64,000 nucleotides of DNA from Nitrospira sp. (lineage in GTDB: Bacteria; Nitrospirota; Nitrospiria; Nitrospirales; Nitrospiraceae), in NCBI GenBank assembly GCA_047150005.1, contig AP038806.1, forward strand, positions 672,001-736,000. The letters run 5' to 3'. Under the pieces are notes generated by a model, which worked only from the letters and a program-made list of their open reading frames with translations, was not told the origin of the DNA and did no database searches. Made by a program: the position numbers and the translations under genes. This document shows, in pieces, positions 8,481-19,517 of the stretch (positions are counted from its first letter, which is position 1; each line of letters begins with the position of its first letter).

Positions 8481-9923
8481 ATGTCCCTGACAGATCTCGA
8501 GATCACCCACGTCCTCGCAGAGATTGAGACTACCGTCGGCACGGGTTGGATCCAACGGATCTCCCAGCCGGGCATCCGCACGCTCGTGTTTGAAATCCGC
8601 GTACCGGGCCGGACTCATCGGCTGTTGGTGTCTTGTCAACCGGAACGCGCGCGGCTTCATCTGGTCACGAGACCGTTGAGAAATCCGCCGAGCCCGCCGG
8701 CATTTTGCCAGTACCTTCGGGCACATGTTCTGGGTGCCCGTATTGAGGGATTCCGGCAGATTCCCGGCGACAGAATCGTGGAATGCCGGCTGACGACCAA
8801 GGCAGGGCTTCGAACGCTGCTGTGTGAGTTCACAGGACGGCGAGCCAATCTGTACGTGTTGGACGCCGAAGGCGTGATTCTCAAGAACCTCTCCGGAGAT
8901 CGCGCATTGATCGGCACACGCTACCGTCCACCCCACAGGCCTGACCGGACCGGGCACGACCAGGCGTCTCGGTTTCCCGTGTACGACCCGACCGGAAACC
9001 ATTTGGTCTCCGCCGCCATCGAACAGCATTATCATGATCGTGATTCCGCCACGACGCTGGATCAGGCCAAAGACGCACGTCAGCGTGCACTGAAGAAAAC
9101 CATCCAGAAAGCTCAACGCCGTATCGAAGCCTGGCAAGAAGACCTGGCCAAGGCGGCCCGGTTCCGGGAGTACGCCCGCTATGGGGAGTTGCTGAAGGCT
9201 AATCTGGGGATGATCAGGAAGGGAATGGATCAAATCCTGCTGATCGATTATTTCGACCCCACGATGCCGGAGATCTCTCTTCCGCTCGACGGCACGAAAT
9301 CCGCCCAAGGGAATATGGAAGATTACTTCCGCAAGCACCGCAAGTATCTGACGGCGCAACAGGAGCTGCCGCCTCGCATTGCGCAAACGGAGGGAGACCT
9401 TGGGGCGCTGCGACGGGAACTCGTGGAAATCGAACAGGGAACCTGGTCTCCTCCGGTCACCGAACCCAGCCATGGAATGTTCCGCCCACGCTGGCGCGAC
9501 GGAGCCGGACAGCCGCATCAACGGCGCAGGCCATTCAGGCGATTCATCTCCACCGACGGTCTCCCTATTCTGGTGGGACGGAATGCCCGGGAAAACGATG
9601 AGCTGACGTTCGGTTTGGCAAACAGCGATGACCTGTGGCTGCACGCCCGTGGAGTTCCCGGCTCCCATGTGGTCGTGCGATTGGAGAAGGGCAAGGACGC
9701 ACCCCCCGCCACCATACTGGATGCGGCAACATTGGCTCTCCTGTACAGCGACCTCAAGAGAAGCGCCAAAGGCGAGGTGATCTATACAAGACGTAAGTGG
9801 GTCAGGAAGGTGAAGAACCAAGCTCCAGGAGCGGTCCTCGTGACGCGAGAGCAGTCACTGACGGTCCGCTTGGACCCAGCGAGACTTGCAACCTTGAAGG
9901 ACCGGAGCCGGGAGAACGCCTAG
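8481..9923 (+). CDS. rqcH: NFACT family protein, RqcH/fibronectin-binding protein A
   Basis: PPAFCQYLRAHVLGARI...DRIV NFACT-N region; VGRNARENDELT...DDLWLHARGVPGSHVVV NFACT-R region. Confidence 0.85.
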   Translation: MSLTDLEITHVLAEIETTVGTGWIQRISQPGIRTLVFEIRVPGRTHRLLVSCQPERARLHLVTRPLRNPPSPPAFCQYLRAHVLGARIEGFRQIPGDRIVECRLTTKAGLRTLLCEFTGRRANLYVLDAEGVILKNLSGDRALIGTRYRPPHRPDRTGHDQASRFPVYDPTGNHLVSAAIEQHYHDRDSATTLDQAKDARQRALKKTIQKAQRRIEAWQEDLAKAARFREYARYGELLKANLGMIRKGMDQILLIDYFDPTMPEISLPLDGTKSAQGNMEDYFRKHRKYLTAQQELPPRIAQTEGDLGALRRELVEIEQGTWSPPVTEPSHGMFRPRWRDGAGQPHQRRRPFRRFISTDGLPILVGRNARENDELTFGLANSDDLWLHARGVPGSHVVVRLEKGKDAPPATILDAATLALLYSDLKRSAKGEVIYTRRKWVRKVKNQAPGAVLVTREQSLTVRLDPARLATLKDRSRENA

Positions 9924-10010
9924 CTCCAAATCCTCTTTTCGTAGGGTTTCCACATTCTCTGGGCTATCCTGGACCATACAGCCGCAGCTGATCAGACCAG
10001 GGAGCTCACC

Positions 10011-10511
10011 ATGCCGACCTTCGACGCCAAGATACAGACCGTGCTCGTCGTTGACGATGACCCTGGCGTCCTCACCCTGTGCCGCACACTGTTGGAACGG
10101 GCAGGATTTTCCGTCCTGCCGGCCGCAGGAAGCTCGGAAGCGTTGAAGATCTGCAAACACCATCCCGGCACCATCGACATCCTGGTGACGGATCTGGTGC
10201 TTCCGCCTCCGGAGTTCTCATTTGCGTCGGGAGACAATGAGTTTCCTCACGTTCACGGCCATGAGCTCGCCGTTCGCTCCCTCGGCATGCGGGACAATCT
10301 CCGTATTATCCTGATGTCGGGCAATATCGAAAAGGACCTGGCCGGCTATGGGATCAGGAAAGGCTCCTTGCCCTTCATTTCCAAACCTTTCGACAATCTG
10401 GCGATGGTCGACCTGATCCGCCGGACCTTGCTGGGAGCCCCGCCGACCAAGGAATCGCTGCTGCACGAGAATCAAGACAAGGCCAAAGGCGCGGACGAAT
10501 GGTTCGACTGA
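10011..10511 (+). CDS. Single-domain response regulator (receiver)
   Basis: VLVVDDD, ILVTD (phospho-Asp), ILMSG, FISKPF. Confidence 0.9.
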   Translation: MPTFDAKIQTVLVVDDDPGVLTLCRTLLERAGFSVLPAAGSSEALKICKHHPGTIDILVTDLVLPPPEFSFASGDNEFPHVHGHELAVRSLGMRDNLRIILMSGNIEKDLAGYGIRKGSLPFISKPFDNLAMVDLIRRTLLGAPPTKESLLHENQDKAKGADEWFD

Positions 10512-10610
10512 TCAGACAACCGGCCCATCACCCACCCGGCAGCAGTCGGCCGACCATTGATCCATACCAGAATTGCCGGTGAGGCGGGCGATCATCTAAT
10601 CGGACAAGCA

Positions 10611-10648
10611 AGAAGGGGGCTGCCGTCGCTTGACGGCAGCCCCCTTCT
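10611..10648. terminator. Strong hairpin between convergent genes, probable bidirectional terminator
   Basis: AGAAGGGGGCTGCCGTC-GCTT-GACGGCAGCCCCCTTCT, a perfect 17-bp stem. Confidence 0.75.
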
Positions 10649-10676
10649 CATTGACACGTACAATCGATCTTATCGC

Positions 10677-11009
10677 TTACCAGCGATCGCGCTTTCCACC
10701 GCCACCGCTCCGGCCGCCTCCGAACCCACCACGACCTCCTCCACCTCCGCCGGCGCGAGGCTCCTGAGGACGCGCTTCATTGACCGTCAGGGTCCGGCCT
10801 CCCATTTCTGATCCATTGAGCGCAGTGATCGCGGCCTGGGCTTCCGAATCCGAGGACATCTCGACAAACCCGAACCCGCGGGACTGTCCCGTGAACTTGT
10901 CCGTAATGATCCGCGCCGAAGCCACGCCGCCGTGCACCGCGAACAGATCACTCAACTGCTGCTCGGTTGCCGAATAGGGCAACCCACCGACGTAAATCTT
11001 TGAACCCAT
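10677..11009 (-). CDS. RRM RNA-binding protein with Gly-rich tail
   Basis: RNP2 IYVGGL, RNP1 RGFGFVEM, GGR-rich C-terminus. Confidence 0.95.
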   Translation of the reverse strand: MGSKIYVGGLPYSATEQQLSDLFAVHGGVASARIITDKFTGQSRGFGFVEMSSDSEAQAAITALNGSEMGGRTLTVNEARPQEPRAGGGGGGRGGFGGGRSGGGGKRDRW

Positions 11010-11306
11010 GTGGGGTTCCTCCTTATGAAAATGATGACATTGTCTTGAACACGAGCAACGGGGAAGGAGCGGGCCGAAGGCGCGAAGATTGTGGCGACTT
11101 GGGTCTGACTTCCGACGAAATTCCCGGACAAGGCAACATCAATGTGGCGGGTCTCCTTCTCTTGAACCCCCTTCACCGCGAGACCCGTACGCATGAAGTG
11201 GGAGCAACCCTAGCACAGGGTCTGGTGGATTACAACCAAGGACGGGTCCGAACCTCCTTCCGCAGCAACCGGGACCCGTGGGGACAAACCCCAGTCCTTA
11301 GGGAGA

Positions 11307-12104
11307 CTACTCCCCTATGCGGACCAAAGAGCCTTGAACCTTACAATAGGCAAAGGTCTTGTAAAATAAGATGATCATGCCAACGAGCATGGCCGCATTG
11401 AGACCGCAGGCCCAGAGCAAGTTGGCTACCGGTGAGCCCGAACCGTTCAAAACCGCCCGCATGCCTTCAAACACATGAGCCGCCGGATTGACCCAGGCTA
11501 CAACCTTGAGCCAGGCCGGCAGCACGTCGAGCGGATAGAATACGCAAGAGATCGGCTGGAAGAGAAAGACCATACTCCACGCGAGCACCTCCGCCTCCTG
11601 TCCGAATCGCATGATCAATGAAGTCGTGAAGACCCCGATGCTCCACCCGGTCACGACCAGGTTGAGGACAAACGGGAAGAGCCACAGCCCCATCACCAGG
11701 ACGTTGTAGTCGTAAAACAGCCAGGCGCAGATGCCCATGACGATGGACACGCAGGTGACCTTAAAGATGCTCATGGCGATCGTCGCCGCAAGAAATTCCC
11801 CGGGCGTCAGAGGGCTCGCAAAGAGATTCATCAGGTTCCTGGCCCAGAGTTCCTCGAGAAAGGAAATGGTGATCCCCTGCTGCGACCGGAACAGCATATC
11901 CCAGAGAATCAGGGCGCCAAGGAAAAAGGTCACGAAGCCCGGTACTTGAGGTTGGTATTTTGCCAAATACAGCGTGATGAACCCCCAGATCACCAAATCC
12001 AGGAACGGCCAATAAAAAATCTCCATGATGCGGGGTAAGCTTCGTCGATACAGATACAGGTGGCGCGACACCAAGGCGCCGATCCGATGGAGTTTCATCC
12101 GCAC
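11307..12104 (-). CDS. ABC-2 type transporter permease
   Basis: Six TM segments; FYPLDVLPAWL...NPAAH motif. Confidence 0.85.
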   Translation of the reverse strand: MRMKLHRIGALVSRHLYLYRRSLPRIMEIFYWPFLDLVIWGFITLYLAKYQPQVPGFVTFFLGALILWDMLFRSQQGITISFLEELWARNLMNLFASPLTPGEFLAATIAMSIFKVTCVSIVMGICAWLFYDYNVLVMGLWLFPFVLNLVVTGWSIGVFTTSLIMRFGQEAEVLAWSMVFLFQPISCVFYPLDVLPAWLKVVAWVNPAAHVFEGMRAVLNGSGSPVANLLWACGLNAAMLVGMIILFYKTFAYCKVQGSLVRIGE

Positions 12105-12511
12105 CCTCCGGCGTCACGCGGCTCGTGCTCGTGGCCGCACCCGCCGCAGTCATGATGTTTCCCCAGCAGGTCAGCCATGAGATGCCGCACTTCGGCGAAC
12201 ATGTGGGTACCGGCCCGCTGGCCGTCCGGAGCCTTGCGAAGCCCCAGCCCAACGAGGAGAAGCGGCATGGCCAGCAGTCCCAGAGCAAATGTCTCGCTCT
12301 CGTTGACGCCTCCCCTGATCCAGAACAGAGCTGCGCCCAACAGCAACGGCAGCCCACCCACAAGGGCGCCATTGGCGATGACACGCCACGTGCATGTCCC
12401 CCGCGTCAGACCGATCGATCCGATGACCAACCAGAAGAGCCCCCAACAGAAACTTAATCCGAGCCCTCCGACCATCGTGCCGACGACGAAATCTATGACC
12501 GCGTCCTGCAC
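12095..12511 (-). CDS. Hypothetical membrane protein with Cys/His-rich C-terminus
   Basis: Three hydrophobic segments and tail HHDCGGCGHEHEPRDAGGCG; sits in operon order between ABC subunits. Confidence 0.65.
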   Translation of the reverse strand: MQDAVIDFVVGTMVGGLGLSFCWGLFWLVIGSIGLTRGTCTWRVIANGALVGGLPLLLGAALFWIRGGVNESETFALGLLAMPLLLVGLGLRKAPDGQRAGTHMFAEVRHLMADLLGKHHDCGGCGHEHEPRDAGGCG

Positions 12512-12529
12512 CTCGCTCCTCTCGCCGAT

Positions 12530-13264
12530 TTAGCGCGACTCCCGCGCAATCTTCAGAAAGACTTCCTCGAGATCGGCTTCGCCGAACCGCGCCACGATTT
12601 CCTGAGCCGTCCCTTCCGCGACGATCGTTCCTCGCTGCAGAAAAATAATCCGGTCGGACATATCCTCCATCTCACGCATATTGTGCGACGTGTACAGGAT
12701 GCTGAGACCGGATGATCGGCGCTCTTCCTTCAACAACGCGCGGATCTTGTGGGCGATGTCGGGATCAAGACTGGCCGTAGGCTCATCCAGGAACAGTATT
12801 TTCGGCTCGGTCAGAAACGCTTTGGCCAGGGTCAACCGAGTCATCTGTCCGGACGAGAGCTTGCGCGTCACCTTCCGGCGGATGTCCTCCATCTCGAACT
12901 TCTTCACGATGTCGTCCACACGCCGTTCGATGTCCTTGAGGCCGTAGAGTCTGGCCACGACCCACAGGTTCTCCTCAACGGTCAGGGCCAGCGGCATGGA
13001 AATATAGGTGGAGGAGAAGTTGACCTGCTGGAGGATCTGTTCGCGATGAGACGCCAATTCCATGCCGAACATGTGAATAGAGCCCGCGGTCGGGGTGATC
13101 AGCCCCAGCAACATCTGCATCGTGGTGGTTTTCCCCGCACCGTTCGGACCGAGCAGGCCCAGGATTTCTCCCGGCTTCATGCTGAACGAAATATCCTGCA
13201 CGGCGGTGAACTCGCCGAATTGCTTTCGGAGTCTGGTGACGCTCAGCACGGGCGGGATCATCAT
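12530..13264 (-). CDS. ABC transporter ATP-binding protein
   Basis: GPNGAGKTT, LSSGQ, ILFLDEPT, YTSH. Confidence 0.95.
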   Translation of the reverse strand: MMIPPVLSVTRLRKQFGEFTAVQDISFSMKPGEILGLLGPNGAGKTTTMQMLLGLITPTAGSIHMFGMELASHREQILQQVNFSSTYISMPLALTVEENLWVVARLYGLKDIERRVDDIVKKFEMEDIRRKVTRKLSSGQMTRLTLAKAFLTEPKILFLDEPTASLDPDIAHKIRALLKEERRSSGLSILYTSHNMREMEDMSDRIIFLQRGTIVAEGTAQEIVARFGEADLEEVFLKIARESR

Positions 13265-13283
13265 GATGCGCTGACGAATCCGT

Positions 13284-13991
13284 CTAGAATGAGAGGAAGC
13301 TCTTGAGCTTGTCCGGCAAGTGACATGTCTCGCACTTTCGATCCAGCACCTTGCCCTGATGATCGGCCTTGCCGTCGTGACATCGGAAACAGTCCTTGAG
13401 CGCCCGTGCTCGGAGATAGGACCCTTCCGGATGGTCCGGAAACCAGGGCTGACTGTCGGCCGACACGTGACCGCGAGGAATCACGATCGGGTACCCTTTG
13501 ATCGGCCGCTCGTGGACGATCCCCGAGTGGCAAGCGGCACAGCCCTCTCCCCGGCCCTGGATCCGGAACGCCTCCATATGCTTTCGATGACTCATGACCA
13601 ACCCGACGTCCTGGACCGGCGGCGGCAGATCCCGAGGCGCCACCTCCGATACCCGGAGAATGTTGCGATGGCACCCCAGACACACGTCGGAATCGACCGA
13701 GGCCTTCAGATTGTGGGAATCGGTCGGCGTGCCGAACGCATAAATGAAGAGATCCTTCGTTCCCGCCCAGGCCTTGTCATGCATCCAGCCTTCTATTCCA
13801 GGCCGCACATGACAGGCCACGCAGGTGACCTCCCTATGAGACGATGCCGCCCAACTGTCGTACGACGGCGTGATGTTGTGGCAACTCGCGCAAAATTTCG
13901 GATGGTTGGTCAGGGGAACGGCCACTCCGCCCAGCGCCAAGGCACCGACGACAAGTGCCAATATGACGATCGCCTTAGGCCTCCAGCTCAT
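13284..13991 (-). CDS. Membrane-anchored multiheme cytochrome c, NapC/NirT-like, 6 CXXCH
   Basis: N-terminal TM helix; CASCH, CVACH, CLGCH, CAACH, CFRCH, CETCH. Confidence 0.85.
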   Translation of the reverse strand: MSWRPKAIVILALVVGALALGGVAVPLTNHPKFCASCHNITPSYDSWAASSHREVTCVACHVRPGIEGWMHDKAWAGTKDLFIYAFGTPTDSHNLKASVDSDVCLGCHRNILRVSEVAPRDLPPPVQDVGLVMSHRKHMEAFRIQGRGEGCAACHSGIVHERPIKGYPIVIPRGHVSADSQPWFPDHPEGSYLRARALKDCFRCHDGKADHQGKVLDRKCETCHLPDKLKSFLSF

Positions 13992-14499
13992 GCGCCGTGC
14001 GTGGTCGCCGCAAAGGGAACCGCTTCATGATGAGCGCAGCCACTCCGGAGATGTCGTTGAGATCGAAGGTGGGAACACCCACATCCACGGGCTTGTCGGA
14101 CACGACGGCGAGCAGACCCTCCTGCGAAATGGGCATCTCTCCGATCTGCTCGCGGACGATCACGATTTTCGGATGCCCCTCGTGCTTCCATCCCTCGGCA
14201 AGGATGAGATCATAAGACTCGTTCAGGAACCGCCCGCGCACATCCTCGACCGTCAATTGATCGGAGACATCGGCGAACATGGCCATACTGCCTTTCGACA
14301 AGATGACGACGCTGCTGGCCCCGGCCTGTTTGTGTCTCCAGCTGTCTTTCCCTTCCGTGTCGAGATCGAACCCATGGCCCGCATGCTTGACGGTCGCGAT
14401 CTTGTATCCGGCCCGGACCAGTTCGGGGATGATCCGCTCGATGAACGTGGTCTTGCCGCTGTTCGATTTTCCGACGAAACATACGATAGGCGCGGCCAT
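13975..14499 (-). CDS. mobB: Molybdopterin-guanine dinucleotide biosynthesis protein B
   Basis: VGKSNSGKTT, ATVKHAGHGFDLDTEGKDSWRH, LAEGWK. Start moved to ATG 14499. Confidence 0.92.
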   Translation of the reverse strand: MAAPIVCFVGKSNSGKTTFIERIIPELVRAGYKIATVKHAGHGFDLDTEGKDSWRHKQAGASSVVILSKGSMAMFADVSDQLTVEDVRGRFLNESYDLILAEGWKHEGHPKIVIVREQIGEMPISQEGLLAVVSDKPVDVGVPTFDLNDISGVAALIMKRFPLRRPRTAHELEA

Positions 14500-14513
14500 G
14501 GCAGCAAATCCTC

Positions 14514-15812
14514 TCAGCAACAGGACTGCCGGTGAGGACCGCCGGAAGCGTACACGGCATGACCGGCCCAACCTTGCTCGCTCAGCAGTTGCACAGATAC
14601 GGGATCTCCAGGATTGAGTCGCTCCACATCCATCGGAACGTCGATCAGGCAATTGGCCTTGACCATGGAGGTCAGAATGCCGGATCCCTGGTCTCCCGTC
14701 GTCCAGACCTTGAAGACGCCGTTCTCATTCGTCAGCACCCCTCTGAGGAAATGGCGTCGATCCGTTCGTTTGGAAAACTTCTCTTGGAACAAGGCCCGCA
14801 CCATGGGACGTCCGTAGCTTCGATGGCCGCCCATTTTGAGCATCGCCGGCCGGACGAGTTGCTCGAACGTGACCATGGAAGATACCGGATTGCCCGGAAG
14901 CCCGAACGCGAGCTTACCCTGAATCTTCCCGAAGGCCAACGGCTGTCCCGGCTTGATCGCCAACTTCCAGAAATTCATCGCCGCGCCGAGGTCCTGGAAC
15001 ACGGCTTTCGTGAAATCATAGTCGCCCATCGACACACCGCCGGACAGCACCAGGATATCGGCCGTCAGCCCGTGCGAAATTTTTTCCTTCAGCGCGGCGG
15101 GGTTGTCCTTGGCGATGCCGAGCAGGAAGGGAATGCCTCCGGCGTCCTGCACCGCCGCGGCAATGCCGTAGCTGTTGGAATTGATAATTTTCTCTTCACT
15201 GTACCGCTCGTCCAGATCAGCCAGTTCGTCGCCGGTCGAGAGAATCGCCACCCGGGGCCGTTGATGGACGAAGACGAACGACTTGGCGAGGATGGCCAGC
15301 ATGCCCGCTTCGCCGGGCCGCACGGCGGTGCCTTTGGCGATGATCCGCTCGCCTTTCTTGACGTCCTCCCCTTGCGGACGGATGTTCGAGCCCTTGGGCT
15401 CGGGTTTGAAGACTCTGACGGAATCGGGAGCATGTTCGGTGTCCTCGACCTTCAGCACCGTGTCGGCCCCTTTGGGGACCGGCGCGCCGGTCATGATGCG
15501 GATGGCTTGGCCCGGCCCGACCGTCTTCGTCGGCATTTTCCCGGCCGGCACGTCTTCGATCACGCTCAGCGTCACGGGCTTGTCGATTGGATGCTCCCGC
15601 TTGATGTCGTCCCAACGAACGGCGAATCCGTCCATCGCGCTGTTGTCCCATGGCGGATTGTCGCGCTCGACGATGATGTCTTCGCCCAACACGCGTCCCA
15701 GCGTATCCAGCAGGGGAACCTTCTCCAACCCCAGCACCGGCGTGCTGTCCAGGACAATCTTTCGGGCATCTTCGAGCGGTGTCAGTCCCTGCATGGCGTC
15801 TGTGGCTTTCAT
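14514..15812 (-). CDS. moeA: Molybdopterin molybdotransferase
   Basis: DNSAMDGFAV, RIMTGAPVP, STGDEL, SGGVSMGDYD, GLPGNPVS. Confidence 0.95.
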   Translation of the reverse strand: MKATDAMQGLTPLEDARKIVLDSTPVLGLEKVPLLDTLGRVLGEDIIVERDNPPWDNSAMDGFAVRWDDIKREHPIDKPVTLSVIEDVPAGKMPTKTVGPGQAIRIMTGAPVPKGADTVLKVEDTEHAPDSVRVFKPEPKGSNIRPQGEDVKKGERIIAKGTAVRPGEAGMLAILAKSFVFVHQRPRVAILSTGDELADLDERYSEEKIINSNSYGIAAAVQDAGGIPFLLGIAKDNPAALKEKISHGLTADILVLSGGVSMGDYDFTKAVFQDLGAAMNFWKLAIKPGQPLAFGKIQGKLAFGLPGNPVSSMVTFEQLVRPAMLKMGGHRSYGRPMVRALFQEKFSKRTDRRHFLRGVLTNENGVFKVWTTGDQGSGILTSMVKANCLIDVPMDVERLNPGDPVSVQLLSEQGWAGHAVYASGGPHRQSCC

Positions 15813-15824
15813 GGGTGCGTCACG

Positions 15825-16778
15825 TCAATGGTGATGTCGCGGGGCGACGTTGACGAGCGAACCGCTCTTCTTGCAGAACGCTTCGACCTTGTTCGCGATC
15901 TCGTGATAGGCCTCGGCCGTCGGCGTATCCGAATAGAACATGGCAAATGGCTCTCCGGCATCCGACTGGGTGACCACGTCCGGGTCGAGCGGAATGCGCC
16001 CCAGAAACGGCACGCCCATATCCTGGGCCGAGGCCTCACCCCCGCCCTTTCGGAAAACCTCGATATGGTTGTGGCAGTGCGGACATTCGAGGCCGCTCAT
16101 GTTCTCGACGATGCCGACGATCGGCACTTCGCTGTCCTTACAGAACGTGACGGACTTGCGCGAATCCAGCAACGCCACTTCCTGCGGGGTCGTGATGATC
16201 ACCGCCCCGCTGACTTGGCCGAGGAGGTCGATAGTGGTCACGGATTCGTTGCCGGTACCGGGCGGCAGATCGATCAGGAGAAAGTTCAAATCCTGCCACT
16301 CCACCCCGCCGAGCAGCTGATTGATGAACTCGTATTTGTATGCGTCGCGCCAGATGATGGGATCGTCCGGATTCTGCAGGAGAAAGGACATCGACGCGAT
16401 CTTGAGATTGTAGGCTTGAAACGGAATGATGCCCCCCGACGTGCTGATCTTGAGTTTCTGCCCTTCGGCCCCGACCATCTTCGGGATGTTCGGCCCGTGA
16501 ATATCCATGTCGCAGATGCCCACATGCCAGCCTTTCAGCGCCAGGCTCACCGCGAGGTTGGTGGTGCAGGTGCTCTTGCCGACTCCGCCCTTATTGCTCA
16601 TGATAAGTACTTTGTATTCGATTCGCTCCATCCGCTTCGCGACGAGCCACCGACTGTGCCCTTCCTTGTCCTTCTGGCAGGACTCGTTTTCGTCGCAAAT
16701 CGCGCAGGCCCACATGTAGGTACAGGCATCGCTTCCGCCTGATGTGGGTGTTTGAATGATGTTCAGTTCACGAGGCAT
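15825..16778 (-). CDS. mrp: Mrp/NBP35 (ApbC) Fe-S carrier ATPase
   Basis: SNKGGVGKST, DIHGPNIP, IDLPPGTG, ENMSGLECPHC. Confidence 0.92.
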   Translation of the reverse strand: MPRELNIIQTPTSGGSDACTYMWACAICDENESCQKDKEGHSRWLVAKRMERIEYKVLIMSNKGGVGKSTCTTNLAVSLALKGWHVGICDMDIHGPNIPKMVGAEGQKLKISTSGGIIPFQAYNLKIASMSFLLQNPDDPIIWRDAYKYEFINQLLGGVEWQDLNFLLIDLPPGTGNESVTTIDLLGQVSGAVIITTPQEVALLDSRKSVTFCKDSEVPIVGIVENMSGLECPHCHNHIEVFRKGGGEASAQDMGVPFLGRIPLDPDVVTQSDAGEPFAMFYSDTPTAEAYHEIANKVEAFCKKSGSLVNVAPRHHH

Positions 16779-16811
16779 AATCTGTCGCCCTCTCTCGCGT
16801 GATTGCCGGTA

Positions 16812-17747
16812 TCAATGCCGCCTGCTGCCGGATGAAACCCCGACGTACTCGCCCCCTGACGCGCCAGACATGGCGGGAGCCATCGGCTTGCCGTGGCCGG
16901 ACCCCGCCGGCGCCGCCACTGCCCCCGTCTCCGCCGGAGCCGATTTCTTCTTGTTGAAAAACCCCGCGCTCACAATCCCGACTTCGTAAAAAACATACAT
17001 TGGGAGCGCCATCAAGCACTGATTGAAGGGATCGGGCGTGGGGGTCAAGATGGCCGCCACGATGAAGGCGCCCAGCAACGCCCATTTGCGGTAGCGCTTG
17101 AGGAACGGGGCGTCCACCCATCCCAACTTGGCCATGAGCGTGATCGCCAGCGGCACCTCGAAGATCAATCCGAACACCATCAAGAACCACAGCGCAAACC
17201 CCACGTACTGGGCGATCGACAGTTGCGGAATGAACCCTGCGTTCACCCCGTACGACACCAAGAAATTCAGCGCGAACGGCAGAACGAAGAAAAAAGAAAA
17301 TCCAACCCCGGCATAGAAGGCCAGCGTACTCAATACGGTAAACGGCCCCACGAAGCGCCGCTCCTGGGCATGGAGCCCCGGCACGACGAATTGCCAGACT
17401 TCGAACAAAATATAGGGGGTCGCGATCACCAGCGCGAAGAGACCCGCGACCTTCACGTTCTGCCACAGAGCCTCGGCCGGGGCCAGAAAGACGAACGGCA
17501 CCGTCGGCAGGTCGGTGGGCACCCAGGAGAGCGACCCGGGAACGAACATGTTCTGCAGCGGCACCCGAAGCCATTTCACGAGCGTGTCGGCATAGAAAAA
17601 CGTGCCGACGAACACCAGTGCCGTGACAATGACCGCCCGCGTGAGCCGGACTTGGAGCTCCACAAGGTGCTCCATGACCGGCATCTTTTTGTCTTCCAGC
17701 GGCTTAAAAACGGAGTCTTGCAGCCACCGATTGAGATCGTTTAGCAC
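16812..17747 (-). CDS. tatC: Twin-arginine translocase subunit TatC
   Basis: EHLVEL..RL, WQFVVPGL, FEVP, AAILTPTPD. Confidence 0.95.
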   Translation of the reverse strand: MLNDLNRWLQDSVFKPLEDKKMPVMEHLVELQVRLTRAVIVTALVFVGTFFYADTLVKWLRVPLQNMFVPGSLSWVPTDLPTVPFVFLAPAEALWQNVKVAGLFALVIATPYILFEVWQFVVPGLHAQERRFVGPFTVLSTLAFYAGVGFSFFFVLPFALNFLVSYGVNAGFIPQLSIAQYVGFALWFLMVFGLIFEVPLAITLMAKLGWVDAPFLKRYRKWALLGAFIVAAILTPTPDPFNQCLMALPMYVFYEVGIVSAGFFNKKKSAPAETGAVAAPAGSGHGKPMAPAMSGASGGEYVGVSSGSRRH

Positions 17748-17813
17748 ACCGTCCTCAGCATTCGCCGGAAGCCAACCAGGAGGCTCCTCGGAAACCTCGC
17801 CGCTATTTCGGCC

Positions 17814-19310
<1,497 letters not shown>

Positions 19311-19517
19311 AACCAGGCTCCTCCAGAAGTTATAGGCGCGATTTAGTTGTGCCGAACGACCTTATTGTAGTCTAAGTATGGAACGAGATGAAAGGGGCCG
19401 ACCATGCTCCGGATCCTATTGTCTACTACTTTTATGGAGTAGTCGGAGAGGGGGTGTTTGAGGAACGACGAATTGACAACAGAGGGATTCCGGATCAACC
19501 CGATCTCCGTACAGGTG

